Below are positions 37,424-47,860 of a stretch of 64,000 nt of DNA, one piece after another. Position 1 is the first letter of the stretch; each line of letters starts with the position of its first letter. The stretch covers positions 248,001-312,000 of the forward strand of contig MU619251.1 in assembly GCA_025201805.1 (NCBI GenBank), read 5' to 3'. The notes under the pieces were generated by a model that saw only the letters and a program-made list of their open reading frames with translations, was not told the DNA's origin and made no database searches. Source of the stretch: Parasitella parasitica NRRL 2501 (taxonomy: Eukaryota > Fungi > Mucoromycota). The position numbers and the translations under genes were made by a program.

Positions 37424-38881
37424 CAGGATTTCGCATTCAAAAGGATGAAAATCAATAGTTTTTGGTGAAAGTCGCCTTTGAAAAAGAAGAAAGTCTAAAC
37501 TAAAAATGATGATGGTGAAGTAAAACCAAGTACAGATTTCGCATGAAAATCAATAATTTTTTGAAAAGAAGAAAGTCTTGACAGTTGATTTTATTTGTTT
37601 AATAAATCTCTTCTTCTGTTAAACATCTAGGGAAAAAGCTTATAGTATGTTCAACCCAACCATGGCAGTTTTCTTGAGCTATTTTGTGGCTGCATTCCCC
37701 AATGTATTTTACCAGCTCTGCTGTTGTNNNNNNNNNNNNNNNNNNNNNNNNNNNNNNNNNNNNNNNNNNNNNNNNNNNNNNNNNNNNNNNNNNNNNNNNN
37801 NNNNNNNNNNNNNNNNNNNNNNNNNNNNNNNNNNNNNNNNNNNNNNNNNNNNNNNNNNNNNNNNNNNNNNNNNNNNNNNNNNNNNNNNNNNNNNNNNNNN
37901 NNNNNNNNNNNNNNNNNNNNNNNNNNNNNNNNNNNNNNNNNNNNNNNNNNNNNNNNNNNNNNNNNNNNNNNNNNNNNNNNNNNNNNNNNNNNNNNNNNNN
38001 NNNNNNNNNNNNNNNNNNNNNNNNNNNNNNNNNNNNNNNNNNNNNNNNNNNNNNNNNNNNNNNNNNNNNNNNNNNNNNNNNNNNNNNNNNNNNNNNNNNN
38101 NNNNNNNNNNNNNNNNNNNNNNNNNNNNNNNNNNNNNNNNNNNNNNNNNNNNNNNNNNNNNNNNNNNNNNNNNNNNNNNNNNNNNNNNNNNNNNNNNNNN
38201 NNNNNNNNNNNNNNNNNNNNNNNNNNNNNNNNNNNNNNNNNNNNNNNNNNNNNNNNNNNNNNNNNNNNNNNNNNNNNNNNNNNNNNNNNNNNNNNNNNNN
38301 NNNNNNNNNNNNNNNNNNNNNNNNNNNNNNNNNNNNNNNNNNNNNNNNNNNNNNNNNNNNNNNNNNNNNNNNNNNNNNNNNNNNNNNNNNNNNNNNNNNN
38401 NNNNNNNNNNNNNNNNNNNNNNNNNNNNNNNNNNNNNNNNNNNNNNNNNNNNNNNNNNNNNNNNNNNNNNNNNNNNNNNNNNNNNNNNNNNNNNNNNNNN
38501 NNNNNNNNNNNNNNNNNNNNNNNNNNNNNNNNNNNNNNNNNNNNNNNNNNNNNNNNNNNNNNNNNNNNNNNNNNNNNNNNNNNNNNNNNNNNNNNNNNNN
38601 NNGTCACTAATACGAGTGTATCTTCTTGTTATTTGTTTTTTTGAGGAAGAAGTAGCAGAGTTATCATTATTAGAAGACATTTGAATAGCGGTGGTACTTA
38701 TCGTAAATGAGGAAAGAAAAAATGCAGGCGACTACTACCGGTACTTAGCAACAAACTCTTTATTTATACTGTACTTTACTAATCAATGAGCTACGTTTTA
38801 CATCACCATCATCATTTTTAGTTTAGACTTTCTTCCTTTTCAAAAACTATTGATTTTCATCCTTTCGAATGCGAAATCCTG
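37424..38881 (-). mobile_element. Tc1/mariner (IS630-Tc1-mariner) DNA transposon
   Basis: TIRs at 37424-37526 and 38795-38881: 87 aligned bp, 3 mismatches, and a 16-bp insertion in the left copy. Both start CAGGATTTCGC and are flanked by TA (37422-23, 38882-83). The centre is an N gap (37728-38601). Confidence 0.9.
37599..38680 (-). CDS. Tc1/IS630-type transposase, mostly in the assembly gap
   Basis: N-terminus MSSNNDNSATSSSKKQITRRYTRISD. C-terminus TTAELVKYIGECSHKIAQENCHGWVEHTISFFPRCLTEEEIY* resembles the C-terminal tail of Tc1/IS630 transposases. Span is ~360 codons. The DDE core is not visible. Confidence 0.72.
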
Positions 38882-39180
38882 TATTATCTGGAATATTTAA
38901 TTTTTTAAAACCGTCTTCCGTGAAATCTTTTATGCGCTCACAAGACTATGATACATATTCTGTGCCTCTCTTTCAAAACCTAGAAAAAATCTAATAAATC
39001 AACATTTAAATGTGTCGATTTATATTTATAAATTTGTCATTTTAAGTAAAAAGAAGTAAAAGCAAAAATAAAATCAAAAGTGTAGTTTTATAGGTCGAAT
39101 GTAATCTTGCAAACGTTGTTTAAAACGACAATCCACTAATTTAGATTCGATTAATTCTTTTTTCAAGTTTTATATCGCAA

Positions 39181-42100
39181 ATGACTATACAATTGCTTGA
39201 CAAAAGTACTATCCAACATCTGCATTCAGGACAAGTTACCGTAGATCTGGAAGCTATTGTAAAAGAACTGATCGAGTAATTTCATTTTGAAAAAAAAGTT
39301 TTATTTGGAAGATCATAATAACTGACCACCAAAAATAAAATCGAAAAAGAAATTCGTTAGATGCTAATCCAACTTCCATTGAAGTCGTATTTATCAATAA
39401 TGGGTTGGAATCTATTCAAGTATGCTACATTCAAATAAAAGTATGTCGTGTTTATTAATTATCTACGCAAAGGTTAAGGACGATGGCGATGGTATAGATG
39501 AAAAGGATAGATTTTGCATAGCCAAAAGACACTACACTTCCAAATTGGTCAACTTTGATGATCTGGAAAGCATTTCCACCTATGGCTTTCGTGGGGAAGC
39601 ACTCAACTCAATATGTACTGTATCAGACCAGGTTATTATAATGACAAAAACAAAAGAGGATGTCATTGGAAAGCAGTATGATGTAGACAAAGAAGGATGT
39701 TTATCAAAGTATGTGCCTGAATCAACAGCAGTTGCTTTTTATTCATTACTATTGTCTATGTATATAGTGAAAAGCCCACAAACTCAATATCAAAATCAGG
39801 TACAATTGTTACATTATATAAACCATTTTACAATCTTCCTGTAAGAAGACAGTTGGCAAAAAAATATATACCACAAAGCACCAAGAAGTTTCAAGATCTC
39901 CTTGTCAAATACGCATTAGCACATCCCAATGTCAGATTTTCGTCATACCAAGCACGAGATACAGTAGGATACACAGTCAATACCAGCAATAATTCTTGGG
40001 TAAAACCAGTAACTGCATCAATCGAAAAGACAGTTGGTATCATATACGGGTCCCAATTGTCGAATATGGTAGAGCGATTCATTGAAACAGATACAAAACA
40101 TCCTACATTAACCATCGACATGATAATACCAAAACGAAACTCAGGTATTATTGCAAGATTACAGGTTTTATATTAATAATACTTAACAAATCATCCTTTG
40201 CATTTGCAAGATCCTTCTGTCGTTTATAAAGGAGGCGATCGTGTATTTATTTACGTGAATCAGAGACCTATCAATTATATAAAATCAGACATGAAGGAAT
40301 TAGTTGCATCTGTCAGAAACAGATATAGAGAGGTTATTGGTCTAAGTGAAAATAACAGAAAGAACCCATTCATGTATATTGATATTCAATTACCACCAGA
40401 TCAATACGACGGTAAGCCAAGATTAAGGGCCATTAATACACATAATAAACTTCTAAAAATAGTGAATATTGACCCAAATAAGACAACCATTTATTTTCAC
40501 AATAAGCAATTAATCTACAACCTTATTGACAAAATACTGGACACAGCCTACCCCAACAAGATAGATTCCTTCTTTATTAAGCAGATGCAAAAGGGATCGT
40601 AAGTAATTTACATGGTTGGATTATCTGACGATCTAACAAAATCATAGAACGAACGTAGCTTCCGTGGAGCAACAATCAGAAGAAGGGCCTTTGTTTGCAT
40701 CAGAATCACCAGCAGTGAAAAAACACCATATTACTGAAGACTCAATGATTTTGCCAGAGAGTATGTCGCCAGAATCAAAAGAATACGCCCTCCCTGGGCC
40801 GTCTGCATCTCGATCACCATCCTCATCTGTTATGAATCACAGTTGGAGCTTCTCCATGATGAGCGACGGCGATGAAGAAGAGGAGGCACTAGATGATGTT
40901 GCGATTGTAGAGCCCCGTGAAACAAGTAAATGTGCGAAAACATTCAATACTATGCCTGCGATAGATTGGCAAATCGACACTGTATCATCTGTAGTTGGAC
41001 CTACCACAACACCTCTTAGAGTGAATAATATACCATCATCCCCGCCAATCATAGCTATACCAGAGAACGACACGTATTCACCAACGACAACAGCTCCCAC
41101 TATCCATACTTTCGCCATCCCACAGAAACGATCCTTGCCAGACAATTTATCAGTCGATGAGATTTCTAAAAAACATGGTAATAAGCGTATCACTCTACCA
41201 TATGCTAATAAACGACAACAAGTTGCAGCGACACAAGAGGCAATAGATAATGTCGAAGATTTTATTTTACCACCATCCCAGCCAATGGTCTCGGCATCAG
41301 TGGATCGTTTGACTAGTGAACCATCGTTTACTCCAAAACAAGTATTGACCCAACAACGAGCTTCATCTTCTTCAGTTGCACAACCGCAGCAAAGAGAATC
41401 ATCTACCTTAAAACCAACAACCCAATTGAGTTTACTACAGGCGTTTAGCCAGAAAGCTCGCATTCGAAACAAATTATCTTCTCCTTCTCCTGCTATGAAC
41501 CTTTCTCATAAGTCAAATATTTCCACATTGAATCAATCACTTGAAATTCAGTGCAACGTCAACGAAATCATAGCAAATTACCCACATTTCAAAAAACAGC
41601 ATGATAATACATACCAAGCAAGTGTTGAAGATTACCTGACGACTTCTCACCGCCAATTAATGCCAACTGATGAAGCGAGTGCACGATTGATATCAAGAAC
41701 AGCAATTAATGGATTGTCATTTTATTCTCGCAGTGGTGTATCTGAATTAGGTGTAGTTAGGTTAAAAGCCTTGCATATTGACACCATCTATAATCAACTG
41801 TGGAGAGATCATAAAATTACCTGTAGAAAGGCATTAGAGAGACCTGTGCAGATTCAATTTCGGTATGAATAGAATGCTCAAATACTAATGCCACTTTACT
41901 CATTCTCAAGATAGGGAGGATGACCCATTGTGTGCTGCTCTCATAGCTCTAGATACGAGAGAAGTAATAGTGAATGATGATCTTCATGGAAATAAGCAGG
42001 TTTCCTATTATGATATCACTGAAGATTGCATTGTATGGAATGGATTCGCAGCTCGTTGGCGCAAAGGTGAGTCCATGCTAACATGGCAGATAGACAGAAG

Positions 42101-42453
42101 CTTACTTATTTCTGTGTTTATCCTATCAACTAGATTATGATTCTCACAACTTGATCATTCAGTTCACTGGCATTTATTCTCTTGACTCAGGTTACAGTCC
42201 TGCTGACTTTAGAGAAATATTGAAACTATTAGACGAGTCCAAAAAATTTGTTCGACCAAGAAAAATCTGTGATTACTTATGGTCGCTTGCTGAGAAGATG
42301 TATGAGCAAGATGAAAGTAGAAATATGCCTAAATTACAAGATATGCTTCAGAATTTAGAGTGGAAAAAAGACGAGATTACGGAAGATTCAACCTGGGAGT
42401 TGGGTACTTCTATTAATGGACATGTATTAGCTTGTAAACTAAAACATTCATAA
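39181..42453 (+). CDS. MutL-family mismatch repair protein, vertebrate-PMS1/MutL-beta type
   Basis: Multi-exon. GHKL ATPase motifs SGQV..VKELIE|NSLDA, VKDDGDGI, HYTSKL, TYGFRGEALNSI; transducer domain with IYVNQRPI and VNIDPNKT; long S/P/T linker; C-terminal domain with ADFREIL..RPRKICDYL. Confidence 0.9.
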
Positions 42454-42509
42454 CTGTGATTTATATCAAAAACATTTTATTACGTAAATAGTTAATAAAA
42501 TTGCAATAT

Positions 42510-43769
42510 CTATCTTGTCATTCCATCTGAACGAATATTGTTGCTATCATCTTGTTGGCTTGGCTGTTGTTGCTGCTGTTGTAGGATAACATGGCCATCA
42601 CTTTTTGCTCTTTTAATGATGCGACTCATCTTTCTGAACAATTTGGTAGTAGCTGGTGTCCTTTTCTCGGGATCTTGTGGCTGTGCAATCATTTTCTTTT
42701 TATGCATTGATCCTAGCATGGACATCAGAGTGTGTCTACGCTGAATTGAGCGTGAACCACTAGACGTGTTAGCCGAGGCGGACGCTGCAGTTGTTTGCAA
42801 TGACCTATGTCTAGAGCTTAATAACGACAATGGATCTCTTTCGAGTATATCCTCTAACTCTTGCAACAGCTGCAAAATTAAGTCCCATTTTACGTCTGCG
42901 TTTTTACTACGAGACTGATGTTCCTTGACTAGCGTCTGAGCATAAACAATTTCATCCTGGTTTACAACTCTGCGCAGTTGGTGCATTGCCACGGTTGATC
43001 TGATAAGCAATGATAAACAATCTAGACGACCGTACTTTGCCGCTTGCAGTACAATGGTTCCAGGCCTAGTTTTACGACTAACTTGATCCAAGAAATCGCC
43101 TCGGATTCCAACATCGGCTTTGGCAGAGTGGATCAAGAAATCTAAAGCGCTTGTCAAATCTCCATTAGCTAATAGTCCAAATAGAGGCGACTTGTGCCCT
43201 GCATCTGTCAGATTGACATCTGCTCCCTTGCTTACGAGTAATCGGAGGACAGGATCAGGAGGATGGCAAAATCGAGCAGCATAGTGCAATGGCGTCCAAC
43301 CATCGCCGTCTCTGGCATTTGGACTAGCTTTATGATCTAATAGAAGTTCAATGGAGGCTAGCGGATCAGGACAATGCAAAGAGACCATGTGAATAGCCTG
43401 TACATTGTAAACATTGCGTGCTGAGGCATCAGCACCATGTTTCAATAAAAACTTGACTAAAGGCACTGTATTTTGATGGTTATTTGACACCACTAAATGC
43501 AATAGGGTGCAATCAGTGTCTGGGTCTCGGGTATTCAAAAGCGTCGTGGGATCGACACTGGTGGTGTGATGCACATAATATTCCAAGGCTGCGAGATCGC
43601 CCAACTCAGCTGCCTTCCATATTGACACATCTGGCTTTTTATTATGCTTTGAAAGCTGTATAGGTTGTTCTGTGTCTTCATTGACCACTGTAAGCACATT
43701 TTCCTGATCGATTGCTGGTGGTTTGATATTGTTCAGTAGAGCAAATGTTCTGGTTAATAGAGTTGGCAT
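42510..43769 (-). CDS. Ankyrin repeat protein
   Basis: IWKAAELGD, TLLHLVV, GADASARN, DGDGWTPLHYAAR, GADVNLTD, SPLF. The likely start is MPTLL at 43769. Confidence 0.9.
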   Translation of the reverse strand: MPTLLTRTFALLNNIKPPAIDQENVLTVVNEDTEQPIQLSKHNKKPDVSIWKAAELGDLAALEYYVHHTTSVDPTTLLNTRDPDTDCTLLHLVVSNNHQNTVPLVKFLLKHGADASARNVYNVQAIHMVSLHCPDPLASIELLLDHKASPNARDGDGWTPLHYAARFCHPPDPVLRLLVSKGADVNLTDAGHKSPLFGLLANGDLTSALDFLIHSAKADVGIRGDFLDQVSRKTRPGTIVLQAAKYGRLDCLSLLIRSTVAMHQLRRVVNQDEIVYAQTLVKEHQSRSKNADVKWDLILQLLQELEDILERDPLSLLSSRHRSLQTTAASASANTSSGSRSIQRRHTLMSMLGSMHKKKMIAQPQDPEKRTPATTKLFRKMSRIIKRAKSDGHVILQQQQQQPSQQDDSNNIRSDGMTR

Positions 43770-44342
43770 TTTCTGTTTATTAAATAAATAAAAAAAAAAA
43801 AAAGAGAGAGAGAGATGTGTGCACAGAAAGGGAATTAATTCAAAGTGACATTTTAGTCTGGTCATTATATTCCGATAATTTTAGTTCGAATACCAATTTA
43901 TACAATAGTATGACAACATAGATCAAATAATCGCCCGTACATCGATAGGCTTCAAACTTCAAAATCAAGATTCCAGCACCAACGTCCATTTCATGTTTAA
44001 AATACAAACAGCATTTACTTTTGAAAGGGTCAATAATTTTGTCTAGATAGTAGATCAGATATTGAAAGACAAGTTTTCCTTTTTCATATAACATTTTGAA
44101 TATAGAAAGAGAAAAGCCATGTTGGCAATACATTCCCAAGTGACAAGACTTTGTATTTCGGTGCAAGCATTTACTAGATAATAAAGACATAGAATATAAA
44201 CATTGATGTTTACAAATTGACCTGATGAGTCTACTGCTCTTGAGGCTGACTTTAGATCACTGGTTAAACTGTTTGGCATTTATTGCCATCCCCGCTGGGA
44301 TGCTACCATTATTCTCTTTCTTTCTGTGTACTTTAAAACAAA

Positions 44343-45708
44343 ATGTCTAGCAAGGGATTGGAAAAGACTCTAAAAAAACTGAGAGATTCAGTGAATAATG
44401 GAAATTACTATGAGGCCCAGCAAATGTATCGAACTGTAGCTCGTAGGTATGTGTGTATTGCAATAAATACGTCGCGCGTTTTTTACGTTTACTGAAACCC
44501 CCTTTCCTTTGTAGATACAACAAGCAACAAAAGTATGCTGATACCATCCGTTTATTGCACGATGGTGTTATTTTACTGTTTGAGCACAAAAAATATGGTT
44601 CTGCGTCTGATTTAGCCAACTACATGCTCGAAACCTACAATTTGGCCCATTTACCGGTCAACGAGGAGTCATTAGGTAATGTACTTTCAAGAAATCCACA
44701 TGGCAGTAGCAGACGCTAATTAATTTATAGATCGAATTGTTGAAATTTTATCTCTATTTCCAACCACAGAAGTTGGTCGTAAGGCATTTATTAGCAGTGC
44801 GTTCAGGTAATTGATTGCAATCAATACCAACAACTATTTATTCAAACAAACTACAATTAGATGGACAAAGGCCGAGGGTGAGTATCCTGAAGGCGACCCT
44901 GAATTACACGATTTTGTCGGAACAATGTTTTATAACGGTAAGCGCGTAAAGATGATGTATAAAAATTACAAGACTAAGTGCAATCGCTGTGCGTAGAGAA
45001 AAAATACAGTTTGGCCGAGGACCACTTGCTCGTGGGTACAGACCACAGCGCTGAACTAATTGGCAAATTAGCTTATCATTGGGCCGCCGAAGAAAACGTT
45101 CAGTGGAAGGGCATCTATCTTGCTCGTATTTTACTCCAGTGAGCACAACTCTTTCTTTTATACACTGAGATACACTGCTCATATACTCAAAAATTAGGTT
45201 TTTGGCATCAAAGGATATTCATCATGCAACGCTGGCCTATAAAAACTTTATCAACGCCGGGCCTCAGCCTGTCGCAGCCGAATCCAAAGTTCGCCGTGCT
45301 CCTGCTGAAGAACCGATGCCCTTCCCCGTGTATGCAGATCCCTGGATGAATTTTACGCAAATGCTTTTGTTGACTGTACAAAGAGATGGGAAAGATTTGT
45401 TTATTGAACTGAAAACAAAATACGAAAGATTATATGGCAGCGAGGCAAATTTTGTAGAGGTAATTATACAAGTAGAAAAAGGGGAAAGGGGGGTTATATA
45501 GGCTTTTGGTTTAATCAAGAAAACTCGTAAATAGCTTGTAAATGAAATCGGTACTGTGTTCTTCGACATCCCAAAACCTAGAAAACAAGGTAATATGATG
45601 CAAGATTTAATGGCTAGTTTGTTTTCTGGAGGTGGAAGTGGAGGTGGCAACCCATTGCTTCAGTTGGGTGATGCAGCTTCAAAATCTTCTGGGGAGGATC
45701 TCGATTAG
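44343..45708 (+). CDS. GET4: Golgi to ER traffic protein 4 (GET pathway)
   Basis: NGNYYEAQQMYRTVARR|Y, GSASDLA, WT..GEYPEGDPELH, AEDHLLVGT, NFTQMLLLTVQR, IGTVFFDIP..GNMMQDLMASLFSG. Multi-exon. Confidence 0.93.
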
Positions 45709-46558
45709 TTTTAAAATTTGTATAGTAATAAATATTTGTGCGGTCGATTCCACCTGCGGAGCGACTGTAAAACCAGCAAAATGCTCGCTCTAATCCAGAT
45801 AAAGTGCACAACAGGGTTAGTATTAAGTGTCTCTAATGCAGTTTTGATTGCGCATCGACTGGCATAAGTTGCACACAGATAGCTAAATCGTACGATAAAA
45901 ATGGCCTTAGTTTCAAGTGTTCAAGAGGCCAACCCATTCAAATAATTTACAAAAACTAACAATGAAAATCACTCCGTATAATTAGATGTTATTCTATCTT
46001 CAAGTTACCTTTATGGAAGAAGCGAAAATGGAAAACAGACAAGGAAGTTTGATAAATTGCATTGAGACAAGAGTGAGGCTCAAAATTTATTTGTATATAA
46101 CTTTCACTTAGGTCGAAAGGCCTTTATTGTTTAATGATGAAAGCGGATCGAAACGAGCATGTATTATTAGACAATTGTAGGTATGTCAATGAGTCTTTTA
46201 ATTGTCTTTATTAAGAATTGAAGGACGAGCTTATCTACCAAAGCAAAGATTGATTATAATAGCTTGAACATATATGAGGCATGTTGACATGTATAGCTTG
46301 TATACATGCAACATAGCTATTGGTTCAATTAGTGTCTTTATACGAGAATCAAGTGCAATAATAAGAATATAAGGCAAAGTAGTGTGGATTAAAAACCCAT
46401 CATGGACAAAATCCTGGTTTTTAATTAGTTTATTTGTACCTTCTCAAAGCATTCAACAGTACATTTTCTAATCACCATTTGATAAAGACTATCTTGAACT
46501 CTCTTTTTTTTTTTTTAATTATTATTATTGTTCCTCTTTCGATATATTTAAATCAATA

Positions 46559-47737
46559 ACGCCTCATACACCTATTTATTCTGAAGTTCAGCAATTTTAT
46601 TATCCTCAAAAAACGGGCAAAATGGGAAAAAATTCTATCTGAAGGTAATAAGGAAATATCAAGTACTCAATATTCTAAGACGATAAGTAAAAAAATAATA
46701 ATAATAAAACAGAAGAAATACTTGATGTATTTGCAAGGTACTTACAAGCTGATTTACATAAAGCTACCGAGAAGGGAGTTAGCCCTACTATAAAAATTGC
46801 AAAATCAGATGCAGAGAAAAGACGTCAAGCTACTACTTCAACAGCGTCATCCTCTACAAGTACAATAATGTGAAGTTCTTGTCAAAAGGAGGGAAACAGT
46901 TGGGCAAGAAGTTGCAATTGCAAGAAATACAACCTAATACTAACAGAGCGTTTACAAGTTGGACTTGGACCAAATAATCGAAAATATTGTCTCTGTCACA
47001 TTTGCAACGTTCTGCAAGAATACTCCCCACAAAGCCGATTCTTTGGAAAAGGGCAAGGCGGTATCAAGCTTCAGCCGCGAAGTCATGGTAAAGACACAAC
47101 CATTTGTAAATTATTTCATTCTACAACACCCAGACAAGTTGTCAAATGGCTTTTCTGAACAAATTTTTGGTACACTATTTCAAAAACTGTTAGGAGTATT
47201 TCAGATAATATAGTGTTACTTCTCAAAAACTACAAGAGAAAGAATAATTTAGATGTGGATCAACTGGCAAACTCTTTTGCTAACATATCTGCAACTACAG
47301 GTAGTAGCTTGTTTGTTCACAGCAATGGGCTTACGAATTACGAACAACATCTCTCAACTGCATGACTGTCGCAACATCATACAATAACTACTATCTTGAG
47401 AATTTTGATAATTTTGTATAAAACCTCCAAGGTCAGTACAATAATTTCTATATCACATGCTCTAAAAAGCATTTTTATAAATCTGCAACTCTTGCTTGCA
47501 TCAAGACCTAAAACATCTGAAACGTGGCGAAGGTGAAAATGCCTAGCGAATCTACTTAGTATTGAAGTAGAATACTTGCAATATTTGGTGCAATCGTGAC
47601 ATGTTATGGCTGCCAGGAATATGTTTACCGTTGCCACTTCAATCTGGAGTGATAATAGCCGCCCCTATGTCTTTCAAAGACAACACGCCACCTCCAATGC
47701 GATTGCCTCGACTCACTTCGGTGAGTTGACGACTTGA
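46559..47737 (+). pseudogene. Decayed, internally deleted Fanzor (eukaryotic TnpB-like RNA-guided nuclease) gene
   Basis: Manual translation across stops and frameshifts. C-terminal part: YKTSK (47417-47431) | intron-like 47432-47480 | ICNSC..VLK*NTCNIWCNRD(+2 nt)VMAARNMFTVATSIWSDNSRPYVF..*. This is the TnpB/Fanzor YTS-CxxC..CxxC-(D/N)RDxxAAxN signature. N-terminal part has a degenerate zinc knuckle (*SSCQKEGNSWARSCNC) and helical segments. Confidence 0.75.
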
Positions 47738-47860
47738 AGGTTTTGCAGGTAAGAAATCTTTACAAGCTATAATTACGATTCGTCCAAAGAAACCGACATT
47801 CTGTCTTTGTCCTTTTTCGTATCTGCATACCTGAACCTATAACACAAGGTTTGATCGAGC
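47700..47860 (+). ncRNA. Candidate Fanzor omegaRNA scaffold (relic)
   Basis: Overlaps the ORF end. 9-bp stem with cUUCGg loop at 47708-47729, plus nested stems 47738-51/47828-38, 47774-78/47817-21 and 47785-98/47802-09. Confidence 0.5.

Noticed and set aside
37647-38684. Long ORFs of 300+ aa in several frames across the N run
   Set aside because: Artefacts of translating Ns. Only the minus-strand transposase ends are supported.
40837-41472. 211-aa antisense ORF inside MutL, and similar shadow ORFs on other genes
   Set aside because: Antisense shadows of real coding exons, with no independent evidence.
37424-47860. The Tc1 element and the Fanzor relic as one composite transposon
   Set aside because: The Tc1 element is closed by its own TIRs and TA duplications, and three host genes lie between the two loci.
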